From Dehalococcoidia bacterium (GTDB taxonomy: Bacteria > Chloroflexota > Dehalococcoidia > Lucifugimonadales > UBA3495), in assembly GCA_963665395.2 (NCBI GenBank), contig OY762251.1:432151-496150 (forward strand): a stretch of 64,000 nucleotides of DNA. Reading direction: 5' to 3'. The notes under the pieces were generated by a model, which saw nothing but the letters and a program-made list of their open reading frames with translations, was not told where the DNA came from and searched no databases. The position numbers and the translations under genes are program-made. Below, in pieces: positions 63,862 to 64,000 of the stretch (position 1 is its first letter; every line of letters starts with the position of its first letter).

Positions 63862-64000
63862 ATGGAAACGGAAAACCAATTTGAACTCCGCAAGGACAAG
63901 CTGATTGAGGCCGTAATCTACTTGAGCGAACGCTCCGCCGATGACCCCAACTTTGGTGTCATCAAGCTGGTCCACCTGCTCTACTACGCCGACTGTGCCG
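63862..64000 (+). CDS. Panacea (DUF4065, SocA-like antitoxin) domain protein, N-terminal part; runs off the window
   Basis: AAGGAG 8 nt upstream of ATG 63862. METENQFELRKDKLIEAVIYLSERSADDPNFGVIKLVHLLYYADCA shows the K(L)..LLYYAD hallmark. It is not in the ORF track because there is no stop. Confidence 0.55.
   Translation, partial: METENQFELRKDKLIEAVIYLSERSADDPNFGVIKLVHLLYYADCA

Overview
High-GC (about 65% by eye) bacterial chromosomal segment. The gene and repeat style suggests a Chloroflexota-like organism, but this is inference only. I found no rRNA, tRNA or CRISPR array.

Contents, 5' to 3':
- The end of an ISAs1-like IS cuts into a 1205-codon repeat surface-protein gene.
- A single-polypeptide GAF-PAS-histidine kinase-receiver-OmpR fusion lies divergent from a 2263-aa secreted giant protein.
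- About 3 kb of poorly supported orphan ORFs follows.
- An SOS-type block contains an SRAP gene, imuB, and a gutted dnaE2 that carries a lower-GC orphan gene.
- A mobilome graveyard holds two IS4/IS701-like elements, a decayed IS21, and remnants of cas3, a methylase-like gene and a serine recombinase.
- A metabolic cluster has four family-III CoA-transferase domains, two amidases, an AKR, a HAD, a PPOX and an SDR.
- An IS630 with an A7 frameshift site truncates another surface-protein gene.
- An IS110 sits inside a MITE.
- A long minus-strand gene string includes two selenoprotein genes that the ORF track splits, three tandem DUF4058 genes, and a PaREP1/HEPN-like pair.
- Two large secreted DUF11/FN3 proteins are flanked by MITEs.
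- Two CE7 esterase paralogues follow.
- pheS and pheT are separated by a toxin-antitoxin-like module.
- A partial Panacea-domain gene sits at the window edge.

Most notable findings:
- Two adjacent in-frame-UGA genes, each with a SECIS-like hairpin.
- An IS110 whose 5' non-coding end contains both half-site guides for the MITE terminus it occupies, around a CT core. This fits a bridge RNA.
- A DUF4258 / DUF2283-nuclease module embedded in pheST.
- An unassigned module of about 170 aa shared by three surface-protein genes.

All homology calls come from my own reading of motifs. No database search was run.
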